The notes: generated by a model from the sequence alone, not told the origin. 64,000 nucleotides of DNA from an uncultured delta proteobacterium (GCA_963845145.1 CAWJQU010000013.1:96001-160000), one strand, 5' to 3'. Positions 11,605 through 22,325 are shown, numbered from the stretch's first letter. A program made the numbers and translations.

Positions 11605-11632
11605 TTTACAAATCAAATTGACTTATTATAAT
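11605..11632 (+). promoter_or_regulatory. Sigma70 promoter of the histone-like gene
   Basis: TTTACA-N16-TATAAT preceded by an A-tract-rich UP-like region; AAGGAGG RBS downstream. Confidence 0.65.
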
Positions 11633-11675
11633 ACCATCTTTAACCAAATCTCTTTAATAAAGGAGGAAAGTCGTA

Positions 11676-12119
11676 ATGAAAGAAATTGACATGATTCTTA
11701 AGAGCTTGTCTGATGGTTTGAAAGCAGTTGCCAAAAGCGTAGAAGCTGCCGCCAAACAGGTAGAATCGCTTTCTAAAACCAGGACAAAAAAAGCGACAGC
11801 CCCGGCTGCAAAGAAAGTTGTAAAACGAAAACCAGCCGCCAAACCCGCTGCCAAAAAGACAGCCAAAAAACCTGTAGCCCGAAAAACTGCAGCAAAGAAG
11901 CCCGTAGCAAAAAAGCCGGTGGTGAAGAAAACAGCTAAGCGCGTCACAGCGGTAGATACGGTTTTCACGTGTATTTCACAATCTCGCAAAGGTGTGTCGG
12001 TCACTGAGATTAAAACCAAGACCGGGTTTAATGACAAGAAGATCGCCAATATCGTTTACAAGCTCAAACAACAGGGAAAAATTGCGAGTGCGGCAAAAGG
12101 TATTTATAAAAAGGCCTGA
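11676..12119 (+). CDS. Lys/Ala/Pro-rich histone-H1-like protein with C-terminal winged-helix-like domain
   Basis: Repeated (P)AAKK/KKPV units; C-terminal TAVDTVFTCI...VSVTEIKTKTG...IANIVYKLKQQGKI...KGIY; strong RBS. Confidence 0.8.
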   Translation: MKEIDMILKSLSDGLKAVAKSVEAAAKQVESLSKTRTKKATAPAAKKVVKRKPAAKPAAKKTAKKPVARKTAAKKPVAKKPVVKKTAKRVTAVDTVFTCISQSRKGVSVTEIKTKTGFNDKKIANIVYKLKQQGKIASAAKGIYKKA

Positions 12120-12150
12120 TTGCTCTCACCATAAATTAGCTTTTCTGTCG

Positions 12151-12195
12151 ATGCGACCGATTCCTGGAAGAAAAAAGGATCGGTCGCATTGTTTT
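12151..12195. terminator. Hairpin/terminator between convergent genes
   Basis: 11-bp inverted repeat ATGCGACCGAT (12151-12161) / ATCGGTCGCAT (12179-12189) followed by TGTTTT. Confidence 0.65.
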
Positions 12196-12325
12196 AGGCA
12201 CATTGATTACAATGGCCGTTTCTAAAATGATATTAACCTTTACTGACAGAACCATTTCCTGAGAAGGCAAACAATATTGACAAAAGCAAGTATATAGCAT
12301 GATCTCTTCACCCCCCATAACAACT

Positions 12326-13537
12326 TCACACTGCCAATCGCTTCGAACGTAAAATCCATGCCATCAGCAATCCGGTAATAAAGGCTATGGCCAGATTCGA
12401 TCCGAGGGTAATGCCCAGCATCATCAAAGTAACAAATAACTCTGTCCGTTTCCTTACATCTATAATTGTCATGGCCAATTGTGTGCCGGCGAAAACGAGA
12501 AGTACCCCCAAAATGGCGATGGGGATTAAGCGGGAAACGATAACAACCTGCTTGCCCAACAGGAGCGCCAAGGAAATAAATATCACTCCGATGATTAAAT
12601 TAGACCCGGCCGTCCGGGCACCAAACCGATAGTGGGCTGCCAATCCTCCCGCGCCATGGCATAAGGGCATTCCGCCGATAAAAAAACTGAAAAAATTAGC
12701 CAGGGCCATGCTGATACAGACACGGCGATAGGTTACGGAAGATGATGCCTCCTGAAAGTAATCTTTTGACAAATCGACGTAGGCGATCACTGCATTGCCC
12801 AATGTCATCGGTATTTGTGGAAGAACGAGCAGGACGAGGGCCATAGAAAAATCCATTGCGCGAGGCCAGCCAAAAGGTAGAATCGTTGGTAGATTCAGGC
12901 CGAAGCCAAGCGATTTAATCTCGGTGTTGGCGCTGAATATCAAACCGACGGCAATGCCACCCCCAATCACCACCAGACTTGCGGGTAGTTTCTTATTATC
13001 TAATAAAAGCAACGTAAGAACAATGCCCGTAACGCCAAGGGCTATTCCAATGGGAATCGGCCCCAAACTGGAAATAGACAGATAGGGCTCTGCCGCCTTT
13101 TGCAACGTTTGATAATGAGAAGTCCCCATAATGAATAAAATGCCCTGGCGAATGAGCAAAGCGCCGGTGGACAGCTGGACACCTCTGACAACCGATTTGG
13201 GTGTATATTGGCTGATTTTTGAAATGATGCCAGTGGCACCAATAAATAGAAGACAAACGCCGATTATGAGTGATGCTGCGAGCACGGGTGCCGGATCCAA
13301 ACCTGTGGTAATGGCGTAGGCGCCGATTATTTTCATTGGTTGAACCGGTACGGTCACCCCGTAGTAGAGGCCGGACAAAATGTAAAATAACCCGATGCTG
13401 AAAAAAACCCCGATAGGACTCAGGCCGTTAATCAGTATCATTCCTAATGCTAAGGGCAGTAGCGTGCCAAGGTCGCCTAAAGAGCCTGCCAATTCCAGGC
13501 GATCAAAGCGATAGCGGGTATTTTGCTGATTATTCAT
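12326..13537 (-). CDS. Putative molybdate/sulfate transporter (MOT1-like)
   Basis: ELAGSLGDLGTLLP, PVQPMK and PLCHGAGGLAAHYRFGART motifs; many TM segments. Confidence 0.88.
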   Translation of the reverse strand: MNNQQNTRYRFDRLELAGSLGDLGTLLPLALGMILINGLSPIGVFFSIGLFYILSGLYYGVTVPVQPMKIIGAYAITTGLDPAPVLAASLIIGVCLLFIGATGIISKISQYTPKSVVRGVQLSTGALLIRQGILFIMGTSHYQTLQKAAEPYLSISSLGPIPIGIALGVTGIVLTLLLLDNKKLPASLVVIGGGIAVGLIFSANTEIKSLGFGLNLPTILPFGWPRAMDFSMALVLLVLPQIPMTLGNAVIAYVDLSKDYFQEASSSVTYRRVCISMALANFFSFFIGGMPLCHGAGGLAAHYRFGARTAGSNLIIGVIFISLALLLGKQVVIVSRLIPIAILGVLLVFAGTQLAMTIIDVRKRTELFVTLMMLGITLGSNLAIAFITGLLMAWILRSKRLAV

Positions 13538-15351
13538 TTTATTATCTTCTTTGTTTGTCTTTCAAACAATTGCGCATATTTTCCACAACCCTTTACGAGT
13601 GATTCATGGGAGCCATCTTCAACGATATTACCATTTTTCAACACAAGAATCCGGTCGGCCATGCGGACGGTTGACAATCGGTGGCTGATTAAAACGGCGC
13701 TACGGTCCTGGAGCAGTCGATGTAGTTTTTTCAAAAAATCATATTCACTCTTTGGATCCAAAGCGTGCGTAGGCTCATCAAGAATAAAAAGTTGCGCTTT
13801 TCGAAATAACATTCTTGCCAAGGCAATTTTCTGCCATTGTCCAATACTGAGCTCTCGGCCCTTATTAAATGATTTCCCGAGCATGGCGTCGTATCCACCG
13901 GGCAATTCGGCGATCATCGTATCCGCCCCGGCCTGTTGTGCTGCGGCCCGAATTGACTCGCATTTGGGAGGCTGCAAGATATCACCGAACCAAATGTTTT
14001 CTTGGGCTGAAAAATAGTATTGAATGTAGTCCTGAAAAATTACACTGATCTCACGGCACCAATCGGTAGGATTGAACTGTCGCAGATCGATACCATCAAT
14101 GGTAATGCGCCCTTCTTGCGGGTCGTAAAGCCGGCAAAGCAATTTGGCAAGGGTTGTTTTTCCCGACCCGTTCTCGCCAACGAGGGCCACAATTGCACCC
14201 GGTGCAATACTCACAGAAAGCCCATCTAAAACTTTTTTTTGGCTGCCTGGGTAGGTAAAACCAACATTCTCAAACACGATTCCTTTTTTTATCGGCCTTG
14301 GAATGGCAGGTGCATTGGGCCTCTTCCGAATCGATGGTTCAAGATCCAAAAAGTCGTAAAAATTGGTTAGAAAAAGGTTGTCTTCGTAAAATCCGGATAG
14401 GCTTCCCAATAGATTTCTCAGGTTATTTAGGCCGAGGCGAAAGGCCTGTAAAAACATAACCATCTCCCCTATGCTGATTCGGCCATAAACAGCCCGATAG
14501 GCAATCCATGCAAAGGACCCAAAAATTGCCAGGGTTGCTGCGGTTTCGGCAGCGAAATCGGCTGTCGTGCGACGCTTAGTGATCGTGAGTTTTTCCTTGC
14601 GCAGTGTTTCACGTAATTGGCTGTAACGTTTGATGAATAGATCGCCCAACCCAAACGATCGGATCTCCTTGGCATGCGTATCGCCGGTCAAGACCCAATT
14701 AATGTACGCTGCCTTTCTTTCATACGATGTTCGGTCGCGCTGCCAGTGATACAATTGGTGGGAAAATAGCAGGCGGACGATCAGGCCCGGAAGCGCAGCG
14801 AATAGCAGTATGAACCCCACGATCCAGTTAAAGGAGAACAGCAACCCAACCATGGCGACAAGGGAGATACTATTCTGAAAAAGCTGCGTCATCCCATTGA
14901 CAATTCGTGTCGGTCGATAGGCGCCTTCCTGTTGAGCCCTTCTCAGGGTATCGAAAAAATCGGGGTTTTCGTAGTAAACGAAATCAATATCGACCGATTT
15001 ACGCTGTAGCATTTTAGAAATGTTATCGGACACGGCTAACGATTGGGCTTCCAATGTATAAGTGGCTGCTGATTGAAACAGGCTTGCCAAAATTGCGATA
15101 CCGGCGGCAAGACCGATCCAAAGGCCCACTTGATGGAAGCTGGTTGACGGGTCGGGCGTTGTCAGGGCCATGGAAACGCTATCGATAACCAACTTTATTA
15201 TATAAAGGGATAATAAAGGTAAAACGCCTTGCGCAGAGACTAAGATGAGATTGACCAGCGTCCATTTCGGAGCGGCATTGAAGACGAATCTGATTGCACG
15301 ATTCAGTTGAAGGGCCTGTCGAATCTTTTGGTTGATAGAAGGCCGGCGCAT
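13534..15351 (-). CDS. ABC exporter, fused permease/ATPase (peptide-exporter-like)
   Basis: N-terminal TM domain, GENGSGKTT, LSIGQWQKIALAR, ILDEPT, ISHRLSTV. Confidence 0.93.
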   Translation of the reverse strand: MRRPSINQKIRQALQLNRAIRFVFNAAPKWTLVNLILVSAQGVLPLLSLYIIKLVIDSVSMALTTPDPSTSFHQVGLWIGLAAGIAILASLFQSAATYTLEAQSLAVSDNISKMLQRKSVDIDFVYYENPDFFDTLRRAQQEGAYRPTRIVNGMTQLFQNSISLVAMVGLLFSFNWIVGFILLFAALPGLIVRLLFSHQLYHWQRDRTSYERKAAYINWVLTGDTHAKEIRSFGLGDLFIKRYSQLRETLRKEKLTITKRRTTADFAAETAATLAIFGSFAWIAYRAVYGRISIGEMVMFLQAFRLGLNNLRNLLGSLSGFYEDNLFLTNFYDFLDLEPSIRKRPNAPAIPRPIKKGIVFENVGFTYPGSQKKVLDGLSVSIAPGAIVALVGENGSGKTTLAKLLCRLYDPQEGRITIDGIDLRQFNPTDWCREISVIFQDYIQYYFSAQENIWFGDILQPPKCESIRAAAQQAGADTMIAELPGGYDAMLGKSFNKGRELSIGQWQKIALARMLFRKAQLFILDEPTHALDPKSEYDFLKKLHRLLQDRSAVLISHRLSTVRMADRILVLKNGNIVEDGSHESLVKGCGKYAQLFERQTKKIIK

Positions 15352-15359
15352 TTATTTAG

Positions 15360-17720
15360 TTAACATTGGTTTAATAACATCTGGTCGAGTCGACGCTTGG
15401 CGTGACGATTTTTTGGATCTAAACGTAAAACGCTTTGATACGCTTTTACCGCTTGGTCGATATTGTCGATACGTTCATATAATCCTGCTACTTTCAAGAA
15501 TAATTGAGGGTTTGACGGTAAGTATTCCAAGGCTTTATTCAGAACTTCGATGGCGTCCTCAAAGCGATCGTTTCGTAGATAAAACTGATACACTTTTTCG
15601 AAATATGCGCTTTTTACGGTCTTCTCGTTGTTGATGAATTGGAGGGCGCGGCGATAGCTTTCCTCCGCCATATCCGTTTTACCGGTTTGGCGAAGGAAGT
15701 CTGCGAATTGAAGATGGGGTTCGACCCTGTCTGGAATAGCCAATTGCATCTCCGATTCGGACAATCCATTAATGACCATGAGTGTCAGGCCATCAGCCAC
15801 GTTACGTGTATCAAGTGCAATGGCTTGTTTCAGATGGGCTAAGGCATCCGGCACACGGGTGCGGGATAAAAGCCAGGCGGCGTAGCTAAGGTATTTTTCG
15901 GATTCGCTCGGATGGTAATCGATGTTGGCCTGGTACAGCTTTTCCGCGGCATCGAATTGTTCTTTCTCGGAGAGTATTTTTGCCAAGCGTTGAATATATT
16001 CTCCGCGAGAGGGGTTCAACCTCAGGGCGGCCCGGTACTGCTTTTGAGCCAATTCGTCATTACCCCCAAACGTTTCTATGTTGGCAAGGGCATACCGATA
16101 TTTCGCTTCCAGCGGATCAAACCGAGAGGCTAGAAGGGCTCGGTGGCGGACAGTTTCCAAGGTTTCAGCGGAAAGTTGTTTTCCCAACCGCACCCCCTTG
16201 ATGGATGTGTAATTTATCTCACCCAAGAGCCCGGATATATTTATGACGATCAGGGTCAATAGGATGCCGATGCCTGAAAGCACATGAACTCTCGACAAGG
16301 GAAGATGGATGGGGACTAGGTTCGTGTCTTTTTTTCGGTAGCTGATTCTTGTATTTGCTGCGGATACATTCAGCCCCATGAGAAAGAAGAGGTAAAGGCC
16401 GTTAGCGCCAATATGCAAATTAAAATCCAGCAGGCCATGGAAGAAGATCGAAATGATACCGGCCAAGGTGCCCAAATAGAGATAAATTGAAAACGTATCC
16501 TTTCTTTTTCGAAATGCCGTTAATGACCTGTAAAAAAAAACCAGAAAAATCCAGAAAACCAACAATGCGCCGATGGTTCCCCCTTCAGCCAATAACTCTA
16601 GATAATCATTTTCTGCATGCCGGACAATTAAGTCGCCGGAAAAGTGGCTGTATTTTGGGTATATATATTCAAACGTTCCGAAACCGGAACCGGTTGCAGG
16701 GAAATCTTTGGCGATGTTGAAGGTATCTTCCCATATTGTTAATCGTTGACCGGAGATGCCGCCATCCGCGGTGTGAATCGAGTCGAAACGTTCAAAGACA
16801 GGTGCCCACCCCAACCACCCTAAGAATAAAACCAAGATGGAAATACAGGTGATCACTAAAAACCCTTTACCATGGGCCGGTTTTGTCGTCACGATTATAA
16901 CAGCAAAAAAAACGGCGACCAGGCAAAGACTGATAATGCCGCCCCGCGATAAAGTCATTATAATGGACAGCGAAGTTATAAAAGCCAACAGACCCAAAAG
17001 GATATAGGTGTTGGTTCGTTCTTCCGTGATAATGTTGACCCATTTTTCGCGGAAGGATCGGTTGTCGCCTTTGGGTGTATAATAAAGGAACATGCTGAAA
17101 ATGATTGGAAAAACCATCCCCATCCAGCCGGCATAGTGATTCCGGTTGACATAAGGCCCAAAGGGCGAGCCCCCCTGGGTCAACTCTCTAAACCAAAAAA
17201 TCTTTCTTCCGCTACCAGGTGCTGTTGTGAAGTGCTGAACCATTGCCAGGATGGCTAAAAGTCCTGCAAATATTATGACGATACGGATGGTCGTTTTAAT
17301 AAATGTTCTTTTTGTCAGCAGCTGAACGGCCAGTATATAAAAGGCCACATAGGCTGAAAAACGAAAAAACTCGGACAAGGTCCCCCGCGGATGAATGGTC
17401 AGCGGAATCCATCCCGGTGGATCAATACTTCCCATGGTTTCTACATAAAGCTGGTGGGTTGCCGGTGATATCAGTTTAACCAGGAACAACGGCAAGGGGA
17501 TCATTTGTATTAAAAGATAGCCCAGCAAGCAAAGCAGCGGGACCAGGGCGGGGACTTGATATACCGGATCTTTATGTAAATAGATTGATAACAAAAACAG
17601 TAAGGAGATAAAAAAAGTAAGTGATTCCATTAACGTGAGGGACCACGTCTCTACCGTACCGAATGATAGCGGTGCGAAAATCAGGATGAAGAGAAAAATG
17701 GTTGTAATAGATCGGTTCAT
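15360..17720 (-). CDS. O-antigen ligase/Wzy_C family membrane protein with C-terminal TPR repeats
   Basis: GPYVNRNHYAG, SRGG, GSGFGTF...HAENDYLELLAEGG; TPR-like helices in last ~280 aa. Confidence 0.88.
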   Translation of the reverse strand: MNRSITTIFLFILIFAPLSFGTVETWSLTLMESLTFFISLLFLLSIYLHKDPVYQVPALVPLLCLLGYLLIQMIPLPLFLVKLISPATHQLYVETMGSIDPPGWIPLTIHPRGTLSEFFRFSAYVAFYILAVQLLTKRTFIKTTIRIVIIFAGLLAILAMVQHFTTAPGSGRKIFWFRELTQGGSPFGPYVNRNHYAGWMGMVFPIIFSMFLYYTPKGDNRSFREKWVNIITEERTNTYILLGLLAFITSLSIIMTLSRGGIISLCLVAVFFAVIIVTTKPAHGKGFLVITCISILVLFLGWLGWAPVFERFDSIHTADGGISGQRLTIWEDTFNIAKDFPATGSGFGTFEYIYPKYSHFSGDLIVRHAENDYLELLAEGGTIGALLVFWIFLVFFYRSLTAFRKRKDTFSIYLYLGTLAGIISIFFHGLLDFNLHIGANGLYLFFLMGLNVSAANTRISYRKKDTNLVPIHLPLSRVHVLSGIGILLTLIVINISGLLGEINYTSIKGVRLGKQLSAETLETVRHRALLASRFDPLEAKYRYALANIETFGGNDELAQKQYRAALRLNPSRGEYIQRLAKILSEKEQFDAAEKLYQANIDYHPSESEKYLSYAAWLLSRTRVPDALAHLKQAIALDTRNVADGLTLMVINGLSESEMQLAIPDRVEPHLQFADFLRQTGKTDMAEESYRRALQFINNEKTVKSAYFEKVYQFYLRNDRFEDAIEVLNKALEYLPSNPQLFLKVAGLYERIDNIDQAVKAYQSVLRLDPKNRHAKRRLDQMLLNQC

Positions 17721-17808
17721 TTGGGCGGAATCAAAACCCTATCCAATAAGGTTTGATAAGAAGGGCGCGTATTTAAAAGAAGGTTGGAGACGTTGATACT
17801 TTTGTATC

Positions 17809-20007
17809 TCAATCCGAAGTGTAAGATTGATAATACTGGTGATACCCGTAATTATAATAGGCGTTCTTTTTAATATCAACGCCATTCAGAATTGTCCCGA
17901 TAATCCGGGCATCCACATCGGACAGCGCTTTTACGCCCCGGTTGACAATCTCATAGGTCGATTTTCCTGATTTAATGACCATTAACACCCCGTCAACCAC
18001 CTTACTAAGCAGCAATGCATCCGCTACGGGAAGGACGGGCGGGCCATCGATGACGATGAAATCAAATTTATCACGTAAAGAATTAATCAGCTCTTTCATC
18101 AACCCGGCGCTTAACAATTCAGAGGGGTTAGGCGGAATGGGGCCGGCAGAAATGCAATAAAGGTTCGGGACCGGACCCTGTTGAATAATGTCTTTGTTCT
18201 TGTTGGGCATGCCGGCCAAAAAAGTGCTCAATCCGTATGAACCATCAAGATCAAAAACCGTATCGATGCGTGGTTTTCTCAAATCGGCATCAACGATCAG
18301 GACTTTAGTAGCCGCCTGGGCGGCCAGCGTTACGGCCAAGTTGATGGCCGTTGTCGTTTTGCCTTCTCCGGCCGAGGTGCTGGTGATAAGCAGGGTCTTG
18401 GGTGCTTTTTCAGCGGAAGAGAGTAAAATGCCCGTTCGAATCGTCTTATAGGTTTCGGAAAATGAGGTGGAAGGGGCATCGATCACCGCATTTTCGGGGT
18501 CTTTTTCTTTGGGCTTTAATTGCGGAACCATACCCAGCACGGAAAGTCCGAAACGATTTTCGATTTCGTCCGGACTTTTTACCGTCTGATCCAGATATTC
18601 CAGAAAAAATGATAGTCCTATCCCACCTAAAAGGCCGATGACAAGGCCTAACATCATGCGTTGTTTGTGGCGTTGATTCGATGGATTGTTCGGTGTTTTC
18701 GCCTTTTCGATGATCCATATGTCTACCGACTGGGCTTGATCGGTAATACTTTGTTCCTTGATCTTCTTTATTAGCGCATCATATAAAAAGCGATTGGTTT
18801 CAATTTCTCTTTTGAGAATGCCCAATTGAATATTTTTTTCATTAAAACGAGCGTTCTCTCGCTTTGTATTCTCCAGAATGTTTCGCAGCGTTGTCTCGCT
18901 GGATCGGGCCAGGTCGTATTCATTTTTTATTGATTGTATAATCCGTTGAATCTCTTTCTTTCTTTTCTCTTCCAACTTGTTCAAGTCAGCGACGGCCCGC
19001 TTGATCACCGGATGTTTGGGGCCGTATTTTTTTGACAGTTCCGTAATTTTCTGATCCGCTGTAAGGATCTGGGTCCGAATGGATTGAAGGGTCGCATTGG
19101 CGGCGATCACATGAATGGTTTCAGCGTCATCCCGTTTTTTAGACAATTGGCTGATTTGGGTGTTTAAAGCTTGTAGCTCCTTGCGTTTGACTTCAGCTTT
19201 TGTCAGCTGGGTACTTATTTCATTCAGTCTATCAGGGGTGATGGCCACGCGGTCTTCAATGGTAATGATATTTTCATTGCGCATATACGTTTGCAGCGCG
19301 ATCTCTTTTTCTTCGAGTTTCATCCGTTCTTGTTCGGCTTTTTCCGTCATCCAGGCGATGGTTTGCCGGGAAGCGGCCATTTTCATCTCAAGCGTTACTT
19401 CGATGTATGCCTGGGAAACCGCATTCACGACCTGCGCGGAAAATTTCGGATTGGCGGAGGTAAACCGGATGGCCACGATATCGCTTTCTTCAACCGGTTC
19501 GATAACGATACCGTTTCGAATCATCTGAATGTGGCCTTCCACTTGCTGCAACGCTTCGTCCTGGGTGTTACCGTTGGGATTAGCGTTTACCTCCTGATCG
19601 TTTGGATCCGTTTCTCCCATCCCCACCACTTTTGTGACCAGAGTATAGAACCCTTTGTACCACGGCAGGGGTTTATCTTTTTGTGGGTGGCCAAAATAGG
19701 AGGCATAGGTATTTTTAAGATCAAGGGCTTTAACTACTTTTTGGGAAACCGGTTCGCTTTTTATTATTTGTGACTGGGTGGAAAGAAATTCCGGGTCGTA
19801 TGAGCCCCCGTAGCGATAATTGGCCATCAGGGGATTTTCATCATTTTTTTGAATCAGGACCTTGGCGGCGGCGGTATAGACCGGAATTGTATTCAAGCTC
19901 AATAATAGCGTAACGACAACGATCACGATGAAAAAGGTAAAAACGGTATACCTTCGTTTCAAAATGACCCGTAAATAACTGGTTAAGTGAGTATTGTTTT
20001 CGACCAT
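17809..20007 (-). CDS. wzc: Polysaccharide co-polymerase / tyrosine autokinase (Wzc/GumC family)
   Basis: Two TM helices around coiled-coil periplasmic part, GEGKTT, DADLRKP, IVIDGPP, Tyr-rich tail YYNYGYHQYYQSY. Confidence 0.93.
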   Translation of the reverse strand: MVENNTHLTSYLRVILKRRYTVFTFFIVIVVVTLLLSLNTIPVYTAAAKVLIQKNDENPLMANYRYGGSYDPEFLSTQSQIIKSEPVSQKVVKALDLKNTYASYFGHPQKDKPLPWYKGFYTLVTKVVGMGETDPNDQEVNANPNGNTQDEALQQVEGHIQMIRNGIVIEPVEESDIVAIRFTSANPKFSAQVVNAVSQAYIEVTLEMKMAASRQTIAWMTEKAEQERMKLEEKEIALQTYMRNENIITIEDRVAITPDRLNEISTQLTKAEVKRKELQALNTQISQLSKKRDDAETIHVIAANATLQSIRTQILTADQKITELSKKYGPKHPVIKRAVADLNKLEEKRKKEIQRIIQSIKNEYDLARSSETTLRNILENTKRENARFNEKNIQLGILKREIETNRFLYDALIKKIKEQSITDQAQSVDIWIIEKAKTPNNPSNQRHKQRMMLGLVIGLLGGIGLSFFLEYLDQTVKSPDEIENRFGLSVLGMVPQLKPKEKDPENAVIDAPSTSFSETYKTIRTGILLSSAEKAPKTLLITSTSAGEGKTTTAINLAVTLAAQAATKVLIVDADLRKPRIDTVFDLDGSYGLSTFLAGMPNKNKDIIQQGPVPNLYCISAGPIPPNPSELLSAGLMKELINSLRDKFDFIVIDGPPVLPVADALLLSKVVDGVLMVIKSGKSTYEIVNRGVKALSDVDARIIGTILNGVDIKKNAYYNYGYHQYYQSYTSD

Positions 20008-20010
20008 GGC

Positions 20011-20808
20011 TTAGAAGAAGCTCTCCGGGACAACGATGACATCATTGGGTAAAATCGGCTCGTTCATGGATACACGGGTTAGAACCTTTTTGCCGTCATC
20101 GGTCTTGCGAATGATTTTGATTTTAGAGGGGGCGGCCGTTGCCGTGAATCCGCCGGCTTTGGTCACTGCCTGAATGACCGTTATATCTCCATCCAGATTA
20201 AATTCATCGGGTTTTTTTACTTCGCCGGTCACATAGTATACTTCTGAGGCTGTGATGTAGATACTGTCACCACCCACAATTTGAATGTTGCGGGATTCAT
20301 CGCCCCGCTCGATCAAACTTTTTAGATCAATGGTGATTATCTCTTCTTTTCTGTTCGAGGCTTCAGCGGATTTTCTTTTGATAATAGCTTGTTTTCCTGC
20401 TTCTTGCGTTAAACCGCCGGCCTGGGAGATTAGCTCCAGCAAAGTAGTGTGCTGGCGAAGTTCGTATAGGCCCGGGCGATTGATCCGGCCTAATATCGTG
20501 GCTTTATTACTTCTGAATTCGTGGATGAATATATTGACTTGGGGATTGACGATGTACCCGTCCGCCAATAGTGTGGTGATATTTTCAGCGATTCGACTTA
20601 AAGGGAGGCCTTTGACCTGTACGTCGCCGATCAAAGGAACCGTGATGGCACCCTCGCCACTCACCCTCACCGTAAGCGTTAAGTCGGCATGTTCGTAGAC
20701 GGTTAGCTTTAAGACATCGCCTTCGCCGACAATATAGTCGTCTGTGGCGGCAATAACGGATGTTGATAAAAGAAAAATGATGGCTGCAATAGTGAATAAT
20801 CGTATCAT
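20011..20808 (-). CDS. Short periplasmic polysaccharide export (OPX/Wza-like) protein
   Basis: Poly_export domain (YIVGEGDVLKLTVY...G.ITVPLIG), two SLBB domains, ends VIVVPESFF; no lipobox Cys or C-terminal helix. Confidence 0.9.
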   Translation of the reverse strand: MIRLFTIAAIIFLLSTSVIAATDDYIVGEGDVLKLTVYEHADLTLTVRVSGEGAITVPLIGDVQVKGLPLSRIAENITTLLADGYIVNPQVNIFIHEFRSNKATILGRINRPGLYELRQHTTLLELISQAGGLTQEAGKQAIIKRKSAEASNRKEEIITIDLKSLIERGDESRNIQIVGGDSIYITASEVYYVTGEVKKPDEFNLDGDITVIQAVTKAGGFTATAAPSKIKIIRKTDDGKKVLTRVSMNEPILPNDVIVVPESFF

Positions 20809-20984
20809 TAGGGTGGCTGTCTTTGAAGCTGTTGATGCCCCAATCGCTTTTTTCGCTAAATACAGTACGCGAATAATTATCGAATTTATTGGATTATTAG
20901 GGGCCTATGGATAAATCCTTCTAACACAGATAGCTTGATGCCGGCAAGTTTTCCCAAAAGTCCGGGTGGCTTTTTATAAAAGGT

Positions 20985-22325
20985 CTATTGGTTTTTGTCC
21001 GATAATCCGGCGCTTCGATTATTCAAAGAGATCAAAATTCGAATGGAAAAGCGGTTTTCGTCAAAATCAAAAATGGAGAAATTAGAGTCGCGTTTTGTAT
21101 AGGAGTAAGCAGCATCGGCCATGAGCCAGCGGGACAATTCATATCTTACCGAGGGGCGTAGCCGGATTAAATCCTCTTTTCGTTCCTTGGTTTCACCATC
21201 AAGTGTCAGCTCACCTTGGTAATGGTCCCAGGCGTAGCTCAAGAACAGATGGCCGGTTAATTTTTCGGTAAATCGCTGATTATACTGTGCGCTGGCACCA
21301 TGGGTGAGGACATAGTCCGTCTCCCGAATGGTGGTCTCCTCAGTTCTTCTGAACCCAGTGAAATGTATTGATGTTTTGGGTGTAAATTGATGTGAGAGCT
21401 GGCCTTCTAAAATCAAAGTGCCATCATCTTCCTTATTGGAATCCTGGTCGAAATCCTTGTAACCGTAACCCAATTTCAAACGCCCCTTGGATTTTGGACT
21501 CATTTTCCAATCAATACCCCCAAAATAGTGGTGCTCTTGACTGTCATTAGATATGAAATTTAGTTCATAATCGATATCGATAAATCGGTATTGAGCGAAA
21601 ATGGACGTTTTCGGCCGGACTTTAAAAAATAGATATCCCCCATACGCCATATCCTGACGATCCCTACCGATTAAAGGAATTTCATCAAAGGGTCGGTCTT
21701 CATAATTGAGATCGATATGGGTAAAATCGAACCTTAACTTAAATTTGTCGCTGAAATCATAATAAATAAGCGTATTGAACAGGTTTTCTTCAAATTCGTC
21801 GTGGCGTGTAAACGGAGCAACCCCAACAGGGTCAAAAGTATCTACATATTGATCCATCAACTCGATGGTCAGTCCGTTTCTGAAATTAAATTGCAACTGG
21901 CCTTCAAACTTATGGCTTTCCGTGTCCTCTTCGGTGATTTCATTATACCTGTGAATGTCCGCACCATATAGCAAGTATGCCGAATAGCGTCTGAATACTT
22001 CCGGGTTTTCCAACGACAGCGTAAACCCAGCGGGGGTTTTTGGAGAAACGGCCAGATCCATTTTTTTGGATCGCGTACCGGGAAGCGATATCCAAATTTC
22101 CGGCGAGATGATCCAGAGGAAGTCTTCATATGTGTCTTCATTTTCATTAAACACGTTATCCGACCACTCACCGCCGATAGCTAAGGAAGGATGGAAAAAG
22201 CGCCCGCGTTTTTCAAAGATATCACCAGTGACCTCATCATCGGTTTTTGGCGGGCTAGCTGTCACAGCGCTAACAAACAGAGCAAATATAAAGGATGCAA
22301 TTAAAAAAGATATTTTTTTCATCAA
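20985..22325 (-). CDS. Outer-membrane beta-barrel protein of polysaccharide export locus
   Basis: Signal peptide, aromatic-rich alternating strands, WSDNVF near N-terminus, YSYTKRDSN...FDENRF near C-terminus; adjacent to OPX gene. Confidence 0.82.
   Translation of the reverse strand: MMKKISFLIASFIFALFVSAVTASPPKTDDEVTGDIFEKRGRFFHPSLAIGGEWSDNVFNENEDTYEDFLWIISPEIWISLPGTRSKKMDLAVSPKTPAGFTLSLENPEVFRRYSAYLLYGADIHRYNEITEEDTESHKFEGQLQFNFRNGLTIELMDQYVDTFDPVGVAPFTRHDEFEENLFNTLIYYDFSDKFKLRFDFTHIDLNYEDRPFDEIPLIGRDRQDMAYGGYLFFKVRPKTSIFAQYRFIDIDYELNFISNDSQEHHYFGGIDWKMSPKSKGRLKLGYGYKDFDQDSNKEDDGTLILEGQLSHQFTPKTSIHFTGFRRTEETTIRETDYVLTHGASAQYNQRFTEKLTGHLFLSYAWDHYQGELTLDGETKERKEDLIRLRPSVRYELSRWLMADAAYSYTKRDSNFSIFDFDENRFSIRILISLNNRSAGLSDKNQ

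Noticed and set aside
12277..12305. TTGACA-containing antisense promoter toward the transporter 3' end
   Set aside because: No -10 element at acceptable spacing
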